Position numbers and translations under genes: made by a program. Below are positions 1 through 8,566 of a stretch of 54,474 nt of DNA, one piece after another (the stretch's first letter is position 1; each line of letters begins with the position of its first letter). Source of the DNA: Pseudomonadota bacterium (GTDB lineage Bacteria; Pseudomonadota; Alphaproteobacteria; Rhodobacterales; Rhodobacteraceae). The notes beneath the pieces were generated by a model. It was given only the letters and a program-made list of their open reading frames with translations, did not search any database and was not told the DNA's origin. The stretch is taken from positions 1 through 54,474 of the forward strand of contig JBCCPD010000001.1 in the NCBI GenBank assembly GCA_039025075.1, written 5' to 3'.

Positions 1-368
1 CGCGCCTCGGTCAGCATCTTCGGATCGCCATAGCGCTCCAGCAGCATCGCCCGCGCGTCCTCGCGCACGTCGATGGAGACGCCGAAGGCCGCGGCCACCG
101 CGTCCGCGGTGATGTCGTCATGGGTCGGCCCGATGCCGCCCGAGGTGAAGACGTAGTCGTGCCGCGCCCTGAGGGCGTTGACCGCCTCGACGATCGCTTC
201 GTGCTCGTCCGTCACCACGCGCACCTCGGTCAGCGGCGCGCCCGCCTCGGTCAGCGCCTTGGCCAGGTGATGCATGTTGGCGTCCCGGGTGCGGCCCGAG
301 AGGATCTCGTCCCCGATCACCACCATGCCGGTGGTCGGCGCCTCGCCGGCGTCGGGCGCTTCGGCCAT
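1..368 (-). CDS. CinA-like competence/damage-inducible molybdopterin-binding protein (3' part runs off the window)
   Basis: Manual translation from ATG 368: MAEAP..TTGMVVIGDEILSGRTRDANMHHLAKAL..DYVFTSGGIGPTHDDIT, with the GDEILSG and GGIGPTHDDIT motifs of the family; divergent from sfsA. Confidence 0.88.
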   Translation of the reverse strand, partial: MAEAPDAGEAPTTGMVVIGDEILSGRTRDANMHHLAKALTEAGAPLTEVRVVTDEHEAIVEAVNALRARHDYVFTSGGIGPTHDDITADAVAAAFGVSIDVREDARAMLLERYGDPKMLTEA

Positions 369-416
369 CCCGCTCTCCCTTGTCCTGATCCGCCTCCCCG
401 GCTACCCCCGGCGGCC

Positions 417-1118
417 ATGCAGTTCAACGCCCCTCTGGTCCCCGGCACGCTGGTGCGACGCTACAAGCGCTTTCTGGCGGACGTGCGTCTGGCCGACGGG
501 CGCGAGGTCACCGCCCATTGCGCCAATCCGGGCGCCATGCTCGGCGTCTCCACGCCCGGCGCGACGGTTTGGCTGGAGCCGAACGACAGCCCCGCGCGCA
601 AGCTCAAGTACAGCTTCAAGCTGATCGAACTCGACGGCGGCCATCTCGCCGGCATCGACACCGGCGTGCCCAACCGCATCGTCCACGAAGCGCTCCAGGC
701 CGGCGCCGTCGACGAGCTCTCCGCCTACTCCACGATCCGCCCCGAACAGAAATACGGCGAGAACTCCCGCATCGACTTCCTCCTCACCGAACCCGGCCTC
801 CCCGACGCCTATGTGGAGGTCAAGAACGTCCACCTGCGCCGAGACGGCGATCTCGCCGAATTTCCCGACAGCGTCACCGCCCGCGGCGCCAAGCATCTCG
901 AGGAGCTGATCCGCGTCCGCCAGGCCGGCCATCGCGCGGTCATGCTCTACGTCCTGCAGCGCACCGACGTCGCCCGTCTCGCCTTCGCAGCCGATCTCGA
1001 CCCCGCCTACGCCGCCGCCCAGGCCCGCGCCGCCGCCGCGGGGGTGGAGATGCTGGCCCGCCGGACCCATATCTCCACCGACGCCATCGACCTCGCCGGC
1101 CCCGCGCCGGTGGCCTGA
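417..1118 (+). CDS. sfsA: DNA/RNA nuclease SfsA (sugar fermentation stimulation protein)
   Basis: RRYKRFLADV, AHCANPGAM, SRIDFLL, YVEVKNV, FPDSVTARGAKHL motifs; start taken at ATG 417 (MQFNAPL) inside ORF 120..1118. Confidence 0.95.
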   Translation: MQFNAPLVPGTLVRRYKRFLADVRLADGREVTAHCANPGAMLGVSTPGATVWLEPNDSPARKLKYSFKLIELDGGHLAGIDTGVPNRIVHEALQAGAVDELSAYSTIRPEQKYGENSRIDFLLTEPGLPDAYVEVKNVHLRRDGDLAEFPDSVTARGAKHLEELIRVRQAGHRAVMLYVLQRTDVARLAFAADLDPAYAAAQARAAAAGVEMLARRTHISTDAIDLAGPAPVA

Positions 1119-1205
1119 CGCAGCGGCGCTCGGTCGCGACGCGCGCCCCGTCGCCATTCGCCGCCGTCTGCGCTATCCTATGCTCCGAAGTTCAGGAGAC
1201 GCGAC

Positions 1206-2018
1206 ATGTACGGCCCCGCGCCGCAGACCACGCCCGAGGGCATCAAGCTCTACCGCGAGGATGATTTCGCCGGCATGCGCGCGGCGGGCCGTCTGGCGGC
1301 GGAGATCCTCGACCGCATCGGCGCCCATGTCGCCCCCGGCGTGACGACCGAGGCGCTGGACGATCTGATCGACGCCGACATGCGCCGCCACGGAGCCGTG
1401 CCCGCGACGCTGGGCTATCGCGGCTACACCAAATCCTCCTGCATCTCCATCAACCACGTCGTCTGCCACGGCATCCCGGGCCCGAAGAAGCTCAAGGACG
1501 GCGACGTCCTCAACATCGACGTCACCGTCATCCTCGACGGCTGGTACGGCGACACCTCGCGCATGTTCGTCGCCGGCCGGCCCGCCCGGCGGTCCGAGCG
1601 TCTCATCGACGTCACGCACGAGGCCTTGATGCGCGGCATCGCCGAGGTCCGCCCCGGCGCCACCTTCGGCGACATCGGCGCCGCGATCCAGGCCTATGTG
1701 GAGGGCGAGCGCTGTTCGGTCGTGCGCGACTTCTGCGGCCACGGGCTCGGCCGCGGCTTCCATGAGCCGCCCAACGTGCTCCATTTCGGCCGCCGCGGCG
1801 CCGGCGCGGTCCTGCGGCCGGGCATGTTCTTCACCATCGAGCCCATGGTGAACCTGGGCCGCGCCGAGACCAAGACGCTGGCCGACGGCTGGACCGCGGT
1901 CACCCGCGACAAGTCCCTCTCGGCGCAGTTCGAGCATTCGATCGGCGTGACCGAGGACGGCTGCGAGATCTTCACCCTCTCCCCCGCCGGCCGCTACCAC
2001 CCCACCTGGGATCGCTGA
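1206..2018 (+). CDS. map: Type I methionine aminopeptidase
   Basis: CISINHVVCHGIP, DVTVILDGWYGDTSR, FCGHGLG, FTIEPM, SAQFEHS; AGGAG RBS upstream. Confidence 0.97.
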   Translation: MYGPAPQTTPEGIKLYREDDFAGMRAAGRLAAEILDRIGAHVAPGVTTEALDDLIDADMRRHGAVPATLGYRGYTKSSCISINHVVCHGIPGPKKLKDGDVLNIDVTVILDGWYGDTSRMFVAGRPARRSERLIDVTHEALMRGIAEVRPGATFGDIGAAIQAYVEGERCSVVRDFCGHGLGRGFHEPPNVLHFGRRGAGAVLRPGMFFTIEPMVNLGRAETKTLADGWTAVTRDKSLSAQFEHSIGVTEDGCEIFTLSPAGRYHPTWDR

Positions 2019-2054
2019 GCGGCCGCCCGCGGAGGCCCCGTCCTCGGCCGACGC

Positions 2055-2534
2055 TCAGGGGCCTTCGAGCATCGGGTTCTGCGACGGCGACAGGCCGGCC
2101 CGGCGCAGCAAGGGCCCGAACGCCTCAGCCAAGCCGTCTACGTTCAACAGCCTCTCGGCCGCCGCCGGATCGGCGGCGCTCAGATAGGTGGGCGGTTCGC
2201 GCGGGCCCATCTGTTCCTGCCAGATGGCGCGGTAGGCCGCGATCACCGGCTCCAGCTGCGGGTCGGAGGACAGAAACACGCAAGTATACACTCCGTGCAG
2301 CCCGCGCAGGGTCTCCTCGCTCGAAAAGGCGCGCTGGACGTCGAAGATCTCGCTGATCGGCCAGTCGGCGAACCTCACCTTCGGGCCGAACCAAGTCACG
2401 CGGTCTCTGCCGCGCTTCAGAACGCCCTGCGCGTAGGCCTCGCGCACGGCGCGGGCGTAGGTCCGCGCGTCGGGCCGGGCGGTGACCAGGCAAAGGCTCA
2501 GGTTCCGCGCGCGCCAATGATCGAAAAGCACCAT
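2055..2534 (-). CDS. Hypothetical protein (159 aa)
   Basis: Fills the map-radC gap; globular-looking composition with aromatic residues, unlike shadow ORFs; no family recognised. Confidence 0.55.
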   Translation of the reverse strand: MVLFDHWRARNLSLCLVTARPDARTYARAVREAYAQGVLKRGRDRVTWFGPKVRFADWPISEIFDVQRAFSSEETLRGLHGVYTCVFLSSDPQLEPVIAAYRAIWQEQMGPREPPTYLSAADPAAAERLLNVDGLAEAFGPLLRRAGLSPSQNPMLEGP

Positions 2535-2617
2535 TCGGGTCCGCCAACGCTCCGCATGCGGTCCTGTACGCCGCCCATCACCGTTCCTGGAAAGGGCGGT
2601 CGAGGCAAGCGGCGGGC

Positions 2618-2632
2618 GTAACCCTTCGTTAA
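2618..2632. promoter_or_regulatory. Putative CtrA-binding site upstream of radC
   Basis: GTAA-CCCTTCG-TTAA (minus strand TTAA-N7-TTAC), one mismatch from TTAA-N7-TTAA; rare AT-rich word in this GC-rich window. Confidence 0.5.
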
Positions 2633-2636
2633 GCCT

Positions 2637-2658
2637 TTCGAGTCACCTTCGAGTCACC
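2637..2658 (+). repeat. Exact 11-bp tandem duplication TTCGAGTCACC x2
   Basis: Read directly at 2637-2647 and 2648-2658, between the CtrA-like box and the radC RBS. Confidence 0.85.
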
Positions 2659-2680
2659 GTTCGAATGACGGGAGCCGCCT

Positions 2681-3568
2681 ATGCGCAAAAGCGCCTCTGC
2701 CCGAGACGAACTGCGCGAGGCGCCGCGACTGCCCGGCCTCGTTCCGCCGTTTGAAAACGCGGACGCAGGCGATGCCGATCCATCCCCGGGATCGACATGC
2801 GGGGGTCGCGGCGCCGCGGCTCGAACCTCGAAACGACCGTCGCCTTCCGCGTGCGCCGCGCCGGCGCGTGCGCCAGCGCCCAAACCCGACGACCGCCTGG
2901 GCCATCGCGAGCGCCTGCGCGCCCGCTTCATGCAGGCCGGTCCGGCCGCCCTGGCGGATTACGAGCTGCTGGAGCTGGTTCTGTTCCGCGCCATCCCCCG
3001 CGCCGACGTCAAGCCGCTCGCCAAGCGCTTGCTCGCCGCCTTCGGCGACTTCAACCACGTCATCTCCGCCCCCGCGGCGCGGCTGGCGGAGGTGCAGGGC
3101 GTCGGCTCCGCCGTGGTGCAGGAGCTCAAGATCGTGGAGGCCGCGGCCCACCGCCTCGCCCAGTCGCGCGTGCTGGGCCGCGACGCTCTGCAAAGCTGGG
3201 ACGAGCTGGTGGAATACTGCCGCACCCGCCTCGCCCATGAGGCGACCGAGGTCTTCCGCATCCTCTTTCTCGACCGCAAGAACATCTTGATCGCCGACGA
3301 GGCCCAGCAGCGGGGCACCGTCGACCACGTCCCCGTCTATCCGCGCGAGGTCGTCAAGCGCGCTTTGGAGCTTGGCGCCTGCGCGTTGATCCTGGTGCAC
3401 AACCACCCTTCGGGCGATCCCACCCCGTCCCGCGCGGACGTGGAGATGACCCGCCGGATCGAGGCCGCCTGCGGCGCCGTCGGCGTGACGCTCCACGACC
3501 ACGTGGTCGTGGGCAAGGAGCACTTCGCCAGCTTCCACGCCATGGGCCTGCTGGACCCCGAGGGCTAG
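2681..3568 (+). CDS. radC: RadC (JAB/MPN domain protein)
   Basis: [52 protein letters not shown]; GGGAG RBS at 2670-2674. Confidence 0.95.
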   Translation: MRKSASARDELREAPRLPGLVPPFENADAGDADPSPGSTCGGRGAAARTSKRPSPSACAAPARAPAPKPDDRLGHRERLRARFMQAGPAALADYELLELVLFRAIPRADVKPLAKRLLAAFGDFNHVISAPAARLAEVQGVGSAVVQELKIVEAAAHRLAQSRVLGRDALQSWDELVEYCRTRLAHEATEVFRILFLDRKNILIADEAQQRGTVDHVPVYPREVVKRALELGACALILVHNHPSGDPTPSRADVEMTRRIEAACGAVGVTLHDHVVVGKEHFASFHAMGLLDPEG

Positions 3569-3589
3569 ACCCCGCTGCGTCTTCGCTCT

Positions 3590-4022
3590 GGGAGGCCTCG
3601 CCTCCGGGGCATCGAGCCCCATCGGCTCGCGCGCTTCGCGCGGGGCGCCCAGGACGGCGGGCGTCGGTCTGGCGTCTAGAAAGACCGCTTTTGCTGGGGA
3701 AGGCCCGCAGGGGGCCTTGTCCGAGCGTGCGCCGAGTCGCCCGCCGCCTCAAGGCCGAGCCCCTTCGGGGTCGCTCCGCTGCGCTGCGCGAGCCTTGACC
3801 CGGCGGACGACTCGGCTCGCGGAGCGCGGCGGGAGTCGCGCTTGGGGACACATGGGGCAGGCCGCTCGACACGGCGCGCGGCACGCGGCTTGCCCGCGGA
3901 GCCCCCACGGAGCTATCGAGCCGGCGGTCGGGCGAGCGTTCCGGCCGATGGAGACTTGATGTCTACGCACGTGGACTCCCGCTGAGGCCCCAAGCCCGGG
4001 GCCTGACCTGATCCCAGGCCTC
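3590..4022. repeat. Cluster of REP-like hairpins and a long imperfect inverted repeat
   Basis: Hairpins GGAGGC/GCCTCC, GAGCC/GGCTC, CGCGCG/CGCGCG; 25-bp arms 3731-3755 and 3792-3816 (22/25 complementary) enclosing CCC-TTCG-GGG; GGCCTG/CAGGCC hairpin near 4000-4021. Confidence 0.65.
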
Positions 4023-4080
4023 GCCCGCGCGTCCCGCCGGGCGAAGGTTTCCTGCGACCTGTTCCACGGACATCTCAGCC

Positions 4081-4340
4081 ATGAACCTCTCCAAACGCGA
4101 GCAGCGCGTGCTGCACGCGCTCGCCCAAGGCGGCGAGATCCGCCATGTGCGCGGCCCGAACGGCAAGATCGACGACGTGCGCTGCATGACCCGCGAGGGC
4201 CATGTCCTCGCCGACGCCACGCTCGCCGTCTTCGAACGTCTGCGCCGTCTGCGCTTCGTGTCCGATCCTCCGGCGGCCGCCCCTGCCGCATCACCCGCGA
4301 AGGTGAGCGCGCCGTGCGCGCGCAGCACGACGACCGATGA
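4081..4340 (+). pseudogene. yjhX: YjhX/TopAI-family toxin (UPF0386), frameshifted
   Basis: MNLSKREQRVLHALAQGG..CMTREG..LADATLAVFERLRR matches the YjhX N-terminus; the C-terminus RSSGGRPCRITREGERAVRAQHDDR* continues in another frame after about 4258-4262 (apparent extra GT). Confidence 0.82.
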
Positions 4341-4814
4341 CCGGACGGAGGTCCGCCACGACCTGCACCGTCTCCACCGCCGCCGCCGGCCACGCGCCGT
4401 CGCTCGCCGGCCTAACCGGGCTGTTCCCGCTCGTGGCCTTCCAAGCGCTTTTCGCCGCGCGGGAAGATGGCGGCCCCTAACACGCCGATCCGGCGCGTCG
4501 CGCGCTTCGACGGCGCCGTTGCCGGCTTCGCCTTCCCCGAGCCCGGGGCGGTCTCCCACGGCTCCTGGAACCTCCGGGCCATCGCGACGGCGCGGAACCT
4601 GCGCCGCCGCGGCCCCGCGCGGCCGCTGCTCTCGGACGTCGAAGCGTCGCTCCGGGCGGCAGGGGCTCGGCGGCTCGTCGTCGACACTTCGGATGCGCAG
4701 GCTCTGGCCTCGGCGCGAGCGCTTCACCGACGCGCGGGCTATGGCGACGGAGGGACCCTCTCGGACTTCTGGGCGCCGGGCGAGGCGAAGGTCACGGTCT
4801 TCAAGCGGCTCTGA
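4337..4814 (+). pseudogene. GNAT N-acetyltransferase, frameshifted and degenerate
   Basis: ATG 4337 overlaps the yjhX stop (ATGA); N-terminal frame has TGLFP then TAA near 4478; second frame (ORF 4467..4814) gives WNLRAIA..RRRG..LVVDTS..GY..DFWAPGEAKVTVFKRL. Confidence 0.7.
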
Positions 4815-4822
4815 TCCGGGAC

Positions 4823-4970
4823 GCCCGACGCTTGCCCGACATTCGCCCGACAGAAGCCCGACGCCGGCCCGACGGGCGCCCGACCGACGTCCCGACGCCG
4901 GCCCGACCCCACCCCGACGCGGACCCGACGCCTGCCCGACCGTCGCCCGTCGTTTGCGGGACGCCCCGGG
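4823..4970 (+). repeat. Phased array copy A: 12 x (N)CCCGAC+N4, period 11 bp, plus tail
   Basis: CCCGAC at 4824, 4835, 4846, 4857, 4868, 4879, 4891, 4902, 4913, 4924, 4935 and CCCGTC at 4946. Confidence 0.95.
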
Positions 4971-4973
4971 CTC

Positions 4974-5579
4974 CTAGCCAGGCGCCGTCGCCGTCAGCGA
5001 GGGGCGGGCGAGCATCTCGTCCGCCCACCTCGCCAGCTTCGGCCGACCCTGCCGCCAATCCCAGTCGGTCAGCCGAAAATCGACGTAGCCGAGCGCGCAG
5101 GCGACGGCCAGCGCGCCCATATCGCATTTCCCGGAAAGCCGTTCGATTTCAGCGTCATAAAGGTCCATGACCCGCGCGATCTTGGCCCGCTGGCCCGCCA
5201 CCCAGGCCTCCGACCGCTGCCCCTCCTCGCGCAGCCGGCCCTCGTAGACCACCGCTAGAGCGGCCTCCATCACGCCGTCGGCCGTCGCTTCGCGCACCAA
5301 GCAGTCCCAAAGCGTCGGCCCGCCGTCCGGATACAGCTCCCCACCGAACTCGGCATCCAGCCATCGCGTGATCACCCGACTGTCGTAAAGCGTTGTTCCA
5401 TCTGCAAGAATCAACGCCGGGATCTTCCCCAGCGGCGATACCTCAACGTTCCCCTGATTCGGCGCCAAGGGCGAAGAGGCCCCGTCCTCCAACGTCACCT
5501 CGCCGGTCTTGCCCAGCTCCTCAAACGCCACCATCACTTTGCGCACGAAGGGCGACGCCTTAGCGTGGCGCAGCCTCAT
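4974..5579 (-). CDS. Glutathione S-transferase family protein
   Basis: SPFVRKV, PLGKIPAL, LYDSRVI, ACALGYVDFR. Confidence 0.93.
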   Translation of the reverse strand: MRLRHAKASPFVRKVMVAFEELGKTGEVTLEDGASSPLAPNQGNVEVSPLGKIPALILADGTTLYDSRVITRWLDAEFGGELYPDGGPTLWDCLVREATADGVMEAALAVVYEGRLREEGQRSEAWVAGQRAKIARVMDLYDAEIERLSGKCDMGALAVACALGYVDFRLTDWDWRQGRPKLARWADEMLARPSLTATAPG

Positions 5580-5887
5580 GAGCCCATCTCCACCCGCGAA
5601 AAGCGCAGCCTTCCCAGAAGCTTGGCTTCGATCTCCACCCCCGGGCCGCCGGGGAAGGGCCGCACGACCCGCCGCAGACCGGCCCGGACGTCGGCTCGGG
5701 TCCGCCCCGCATCCCGCGACGCGTCGAGCCGCAGCCCGTCCGCCACGCCGTCGAACGCGTCCTCCTCATGCAGGGGCCGCGCCTGCTCCCCCCGCGCGCG
5801 AGCCGCGGCGAACAGGACGGCCGCGCCGGCGGCGCTCCACCCCAGAACCTTCAAGGCCGCGGGCGCGGCGACGACGGGAAGCGGCAT
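5576..5887 (-). CDS. Hypothetical small membrane-anchored protein
   Basis: N-terminal hydrophobic segment, GGGAG RBS, stop overlaps the GST start (ATGA). Confidence 0.75.
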   Translation of the reverse strand: MPLPVVAAPAALKVLGWSAAGAAVLFAAARARGEQARPLHEEDAFDGVADGLRLDASRDAGRTRADVRAGLRRVVRPFPGGPGVEIEAKLLGRLRFSRVEMGS

Positions 5888-5906
5888 GGCGGATCTCCCT
5901 GTGCGA

Positions 5907-7082
5907 TCAGGCCGCCAGGCGGCCTTCGGCGAAGTCGGCGATGCGCTCCAACGCGTCGCCCAGCGTCTCGTCCGGCACCGTCAGCGCCACGCGCAGGTGC
6001 CCCGCGGCGGCGTCGCCGAAGCTCTCGCCCGGCATCACCGCGATGTCCTCGGCCTCCAAAAGCGCTTCGGCGAACGCCTCGCCGCTCATCCCGGTGCCGC
6101 GAATGTCCAGCATGACATACATCGCGCCGTCGGGCGCGGCCAGTTTCAGCCCGTTGCGCCCCGAAAGACGCGCCACGGCGAGGTCCCGCCGCCGGCGGAA
6201 CGTGGCCATGAGGTCCGCTTCCTCTTCGCCCCCCTCGGTCAGCGCGAAGAGCCCGGCCTGCTGGATGAAGCCCGGCAGGCCGTAGGTGGCGTTGAGCGCG
6301 TAGTCGCCCATCAGGTCCACGATCTCCTCCGGCCCCACGGCCCAGCCGAGGCGGAACCCGGTCATCGCGTGGCTTTTGGACACTGAGCCGATGACGATGG
6401 TCCGCTCGGCCATGTCGGGCAGGGCGCGCGGCGAGAGGTGCTCTCCGCGCCAGACCATGCCGTCGTAGACCTCGTCGGAGATCAGCCACAGATCGTTCTC
6501 CAGAACGATGCGGCGCACGGCCTCCAGCGTCTCGCTCGTGTAGACCGCGCCGGTGGGATTGTGGGGGGAGTTGATCATCAGCGCCTTCGCCCCGCGGCAG
6601 GCCTCCGCCATCGCCTCTAGGTCGGGCTGAAAGCCGGCGTCGGGCAGGGCGGGCACGGGACGAGGCTCCCCCTGAACCACGCGGATCGTGCCGGGATAGG
6701 TGGCGTAGTAGGGGTCCACGAAGACGATCGGATCGCCGGGGTCGAGCGTGGCGAGGAAGGCCGCCAGCAGCGCCGCCTGGCCGCCGGCGGTGACGATCAC
6801 CTGCTCGGGCCTGGTCGGCCAGCCGGTGCGCGAGGCGGCGCGCGCGGCGATGGCGGCGCGCAGCTCCGGCGTGCCGGTGAAGGCCGAATAGCGGGTGGCG
6901 CCGGCGCGGGCGGCCTCCGCCATGGCCTCGACGAAGCGGGGCGGGGTGGGGTCCTCGTGCTCGCCGATGGTCAGGTTCAGGACCGGGGCGCCGGCCCGCT
7001 CCCGCGCGCGGGCCTTGCCGAGGATCTCCCACCCGTCGGAGCCGCCGTCGAAGATGGCGCGGATGCGTTTGGAAGGCTGCAT
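5907..7082 (-). CDS. PLP-dependent aminotransferase class I/II (AspC-like)
   Basis: LTIGEHE, NSPHNPTG, ISDEVY, SVSKSHAMTGFRLGW; start taken at MQPSKRI. Confidence 0.93.
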   Translation of the reverse strand: MQPSKRIRAIFDGGSDGWEILGKARARERAGAPVLNLTIGEHEDPTPPRFVEAMAEAARAGATRYSAFTGTPELRAAIAARAASRTGWPTRPEQVIVTAGGQAALLAAFLATLDPGDPIVFVDPYYATYPGTIRVVQGEPRPVPALPDAGFQPDLEAMAEACRGAKALMINSPHNPTGAVYTSETLEAVRRIVLENDLWLISDEVYDGMVWRGEHLSPRALPDMAERTIVIGSVSKSHAMTGFRLGWAVGPEEIVDLMGDYALNATYGLPGFIQQAGLFALTEGGEEEADLMATFRRRRDLAVARLSGRNGLKLAAPDGAMYVMLDIRGTGMSGEAFAEALLEAEDIAVMPGESFGDAAAGHLRVALTVPDETLGDALERIADFAEGRLAA

Positions 7083-7099
7083 GCCTTTGAAACTCCGTC

Positions 7100-8479
7100 T
7101 CAATCGGCGGGGGCGGCGACGGCTTCTAGGGCCTTCACCTTCACCCGCGTGATTTGGTTGCGCCGCCGCTCCAGCACCTCGAAGCGGAAGCCGTGGAAGC
7201 TGAAGATCTGGCCGGCGGCCGGGATGGCCTGGGCGTCATGGATGACGAGGCCGGCGATGGTGTTGGCCTCCTCGTCCGGCAGGTCCCAGTCCATGGCGCG
7301 GTTGAGATCGCGGATGGTCATCGCGCCCTCCACGGCGACCGAGCCGTCGGGCAGGCGGCTGAGGCCCTCGACCTCCGCATCATGCTCGTCGGCGATGTCG
7401 CCGACGATCTCCTCGAGGATGTCTTCGAGCGTGATCAGGCCCTGCAAGGCGCCGTATTCGTCGACCACCAAGGCGAAGTGGCTGCGGCGCGTGAGAAAGG
7501 CGCGCAGCTGCTCGTCCATGGACGTGGTGTCGGGCACGAACCAGGGCTCCATCGCGACCTCGGTCACGTCCATGCGCTCCACCGCCGCGAGCCCGTCCTC
7601 GCCCTGGCTGACCCGGTGCACGGCGCGCAGCAGGTCCTTGGCGTGGATGACGCCGACGATGTTCTCGGGGTCGTCCTTCCAGATCGGTATGCGGGTGTGG
7701 GGCGAGGCGAGGCAGAAATCCAGGATCTCCTGCGCCGGCAGGTCCCCGTCGATGGTCTGGATGGTGCGGCGGTGGCGCATGACCTCCGCCACCTCGCGGT
7801 TGCCCAGATCGAGCGCGGCGAGCAGGCGGTCGCGATCCTCCTTCTCCACCGCGCCTTCGGAATGATGCAGGTCGATGGCGCCCTTGATCTCCTCGACCGC
7901 GAGAACCGAGGCGTCAGGATCCGTCTTCACCCCGAAGATCCGCAGGAAGGCGCGCACGAAGATGGTGACCGCGCCCACGACCGGGGCGAGGACGCGCACC
8001 ACAAGGCCGATGGGTCGGGCGACCAGCGTGGCGGCGCGCTCGGGCGCGGAGATGGCGTAGTTCTTGGGCGCGATCTCAGCGAACACCACGACGAGGGCGG
8101 TCATGGCGAGGGTGGCGACGGCGACGCCGCTTTCGCCGACCAGGAGGGTGAAGAAGATCGTCGCCAGCGAGGTCGCGAGAATGTTGGCCAGATTGTTGCC
8201 CAACAGGATTGCGCCGATGAGCCTTTCGCCGTCTTCCTTCAGCGACAGCGCGGCGGCGGCGGCGCGCGAACCCTTGTCCGCCAGCCCGTGCAGCTTGGGG
8301 CGCGACGCGGCGGTCAGCGCCGTTTCCGAGCCCGAGAAAAAGGCCGAGACGATGAGCAGAGCCAGAATGCCCGCGCCGAGCCATAGGATCGACGGGGCGA
8401 GACCCGCCGCGGCCCCGGCATCCGCCAGAACGGCGAGGTCGGCTCCTGCGCCGGGGTCGGCGCTGGTCTCGGGTTGCAA
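7100..8479 (-). CDS. HlyC/CorC (CNNM/DUF21-CBS-CorC) transporter
   Basis: SAFFSGSETALT, ILLGNNLANI, FAEIAPK, CBS pair with VVDEYG..GLITLEDILEEIVGDI; probable TTG start 8479 after AAGGAG. Confidence 0.92.
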   Translation of the reverse strand: MQPETSADPGAGADLAVLADAGAAAGLAPSILWLGAGILALLIVSAFFSGSETALTAASRPKLHGLADKGSRAAAAALSLKEDGERLIGAILLGNNLANILATSLATIFFTLLVGESGVAVATLAMTALVVVFAEIAPKNYAISAPERAATLVARPIGLVVRVLAPVVGAVTIFVRAFLRIFGVKTDPDASVLAVEEIKGAIDLHHSEGAVEKEDRDRLLAALDLGNREVAEVMRHRRTIQTIDGDLPAQEILDFCLASPHTRIPIWKDDPENIVGVIHAKDLLRAVHRVSQGEDGLAAVERMDVTEVAMEPWFVPDTTSMDEQLRAFLTRRSHFALVVDEYGALQGLITLEDILEEIVGDIADEHDAEVEGLSRLPDGSVAVEGAMTIRDLNRAMDWDLPDEEANTIAGLVIHDAQAIPAAGQIFSFHGFRFEVLERRRNQITRVKVKALEAVAAPAD

Positions 8480-8566
8480 CAGGGCTCTCCTTGCAGGTCC
8501 GTGCGAGGCCTCGTTTATGGGGTCGACCGGGGTTCCGGGCAAGCGTTCGAGGCGGAGGAGAACGGT

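Noticed and set aside
2681-3568. radC as marker of an ICE or prophage
   Set aside because: Full-length HhH+JAB form near sfsA-map is the chromosomal type; no integrase, relaxase or phage genes nearby.
4823-4970. The GCCCGAC arrays as mini-CRISPR arrays
   Set aside because: 7-bp repeats and 4-bp spacers are far too short, and no cas genes are in the window.
4832-5170. Pro/Arg-rich ORFs over the arrays, and the extended ribE (34880) and ribD (36178) N-termini
   Set aside because: Periods 11 and 5 are not codon multiples, the peptides are low complexity, and the true starts MFTGIV and MTADQDL are evident downstream.
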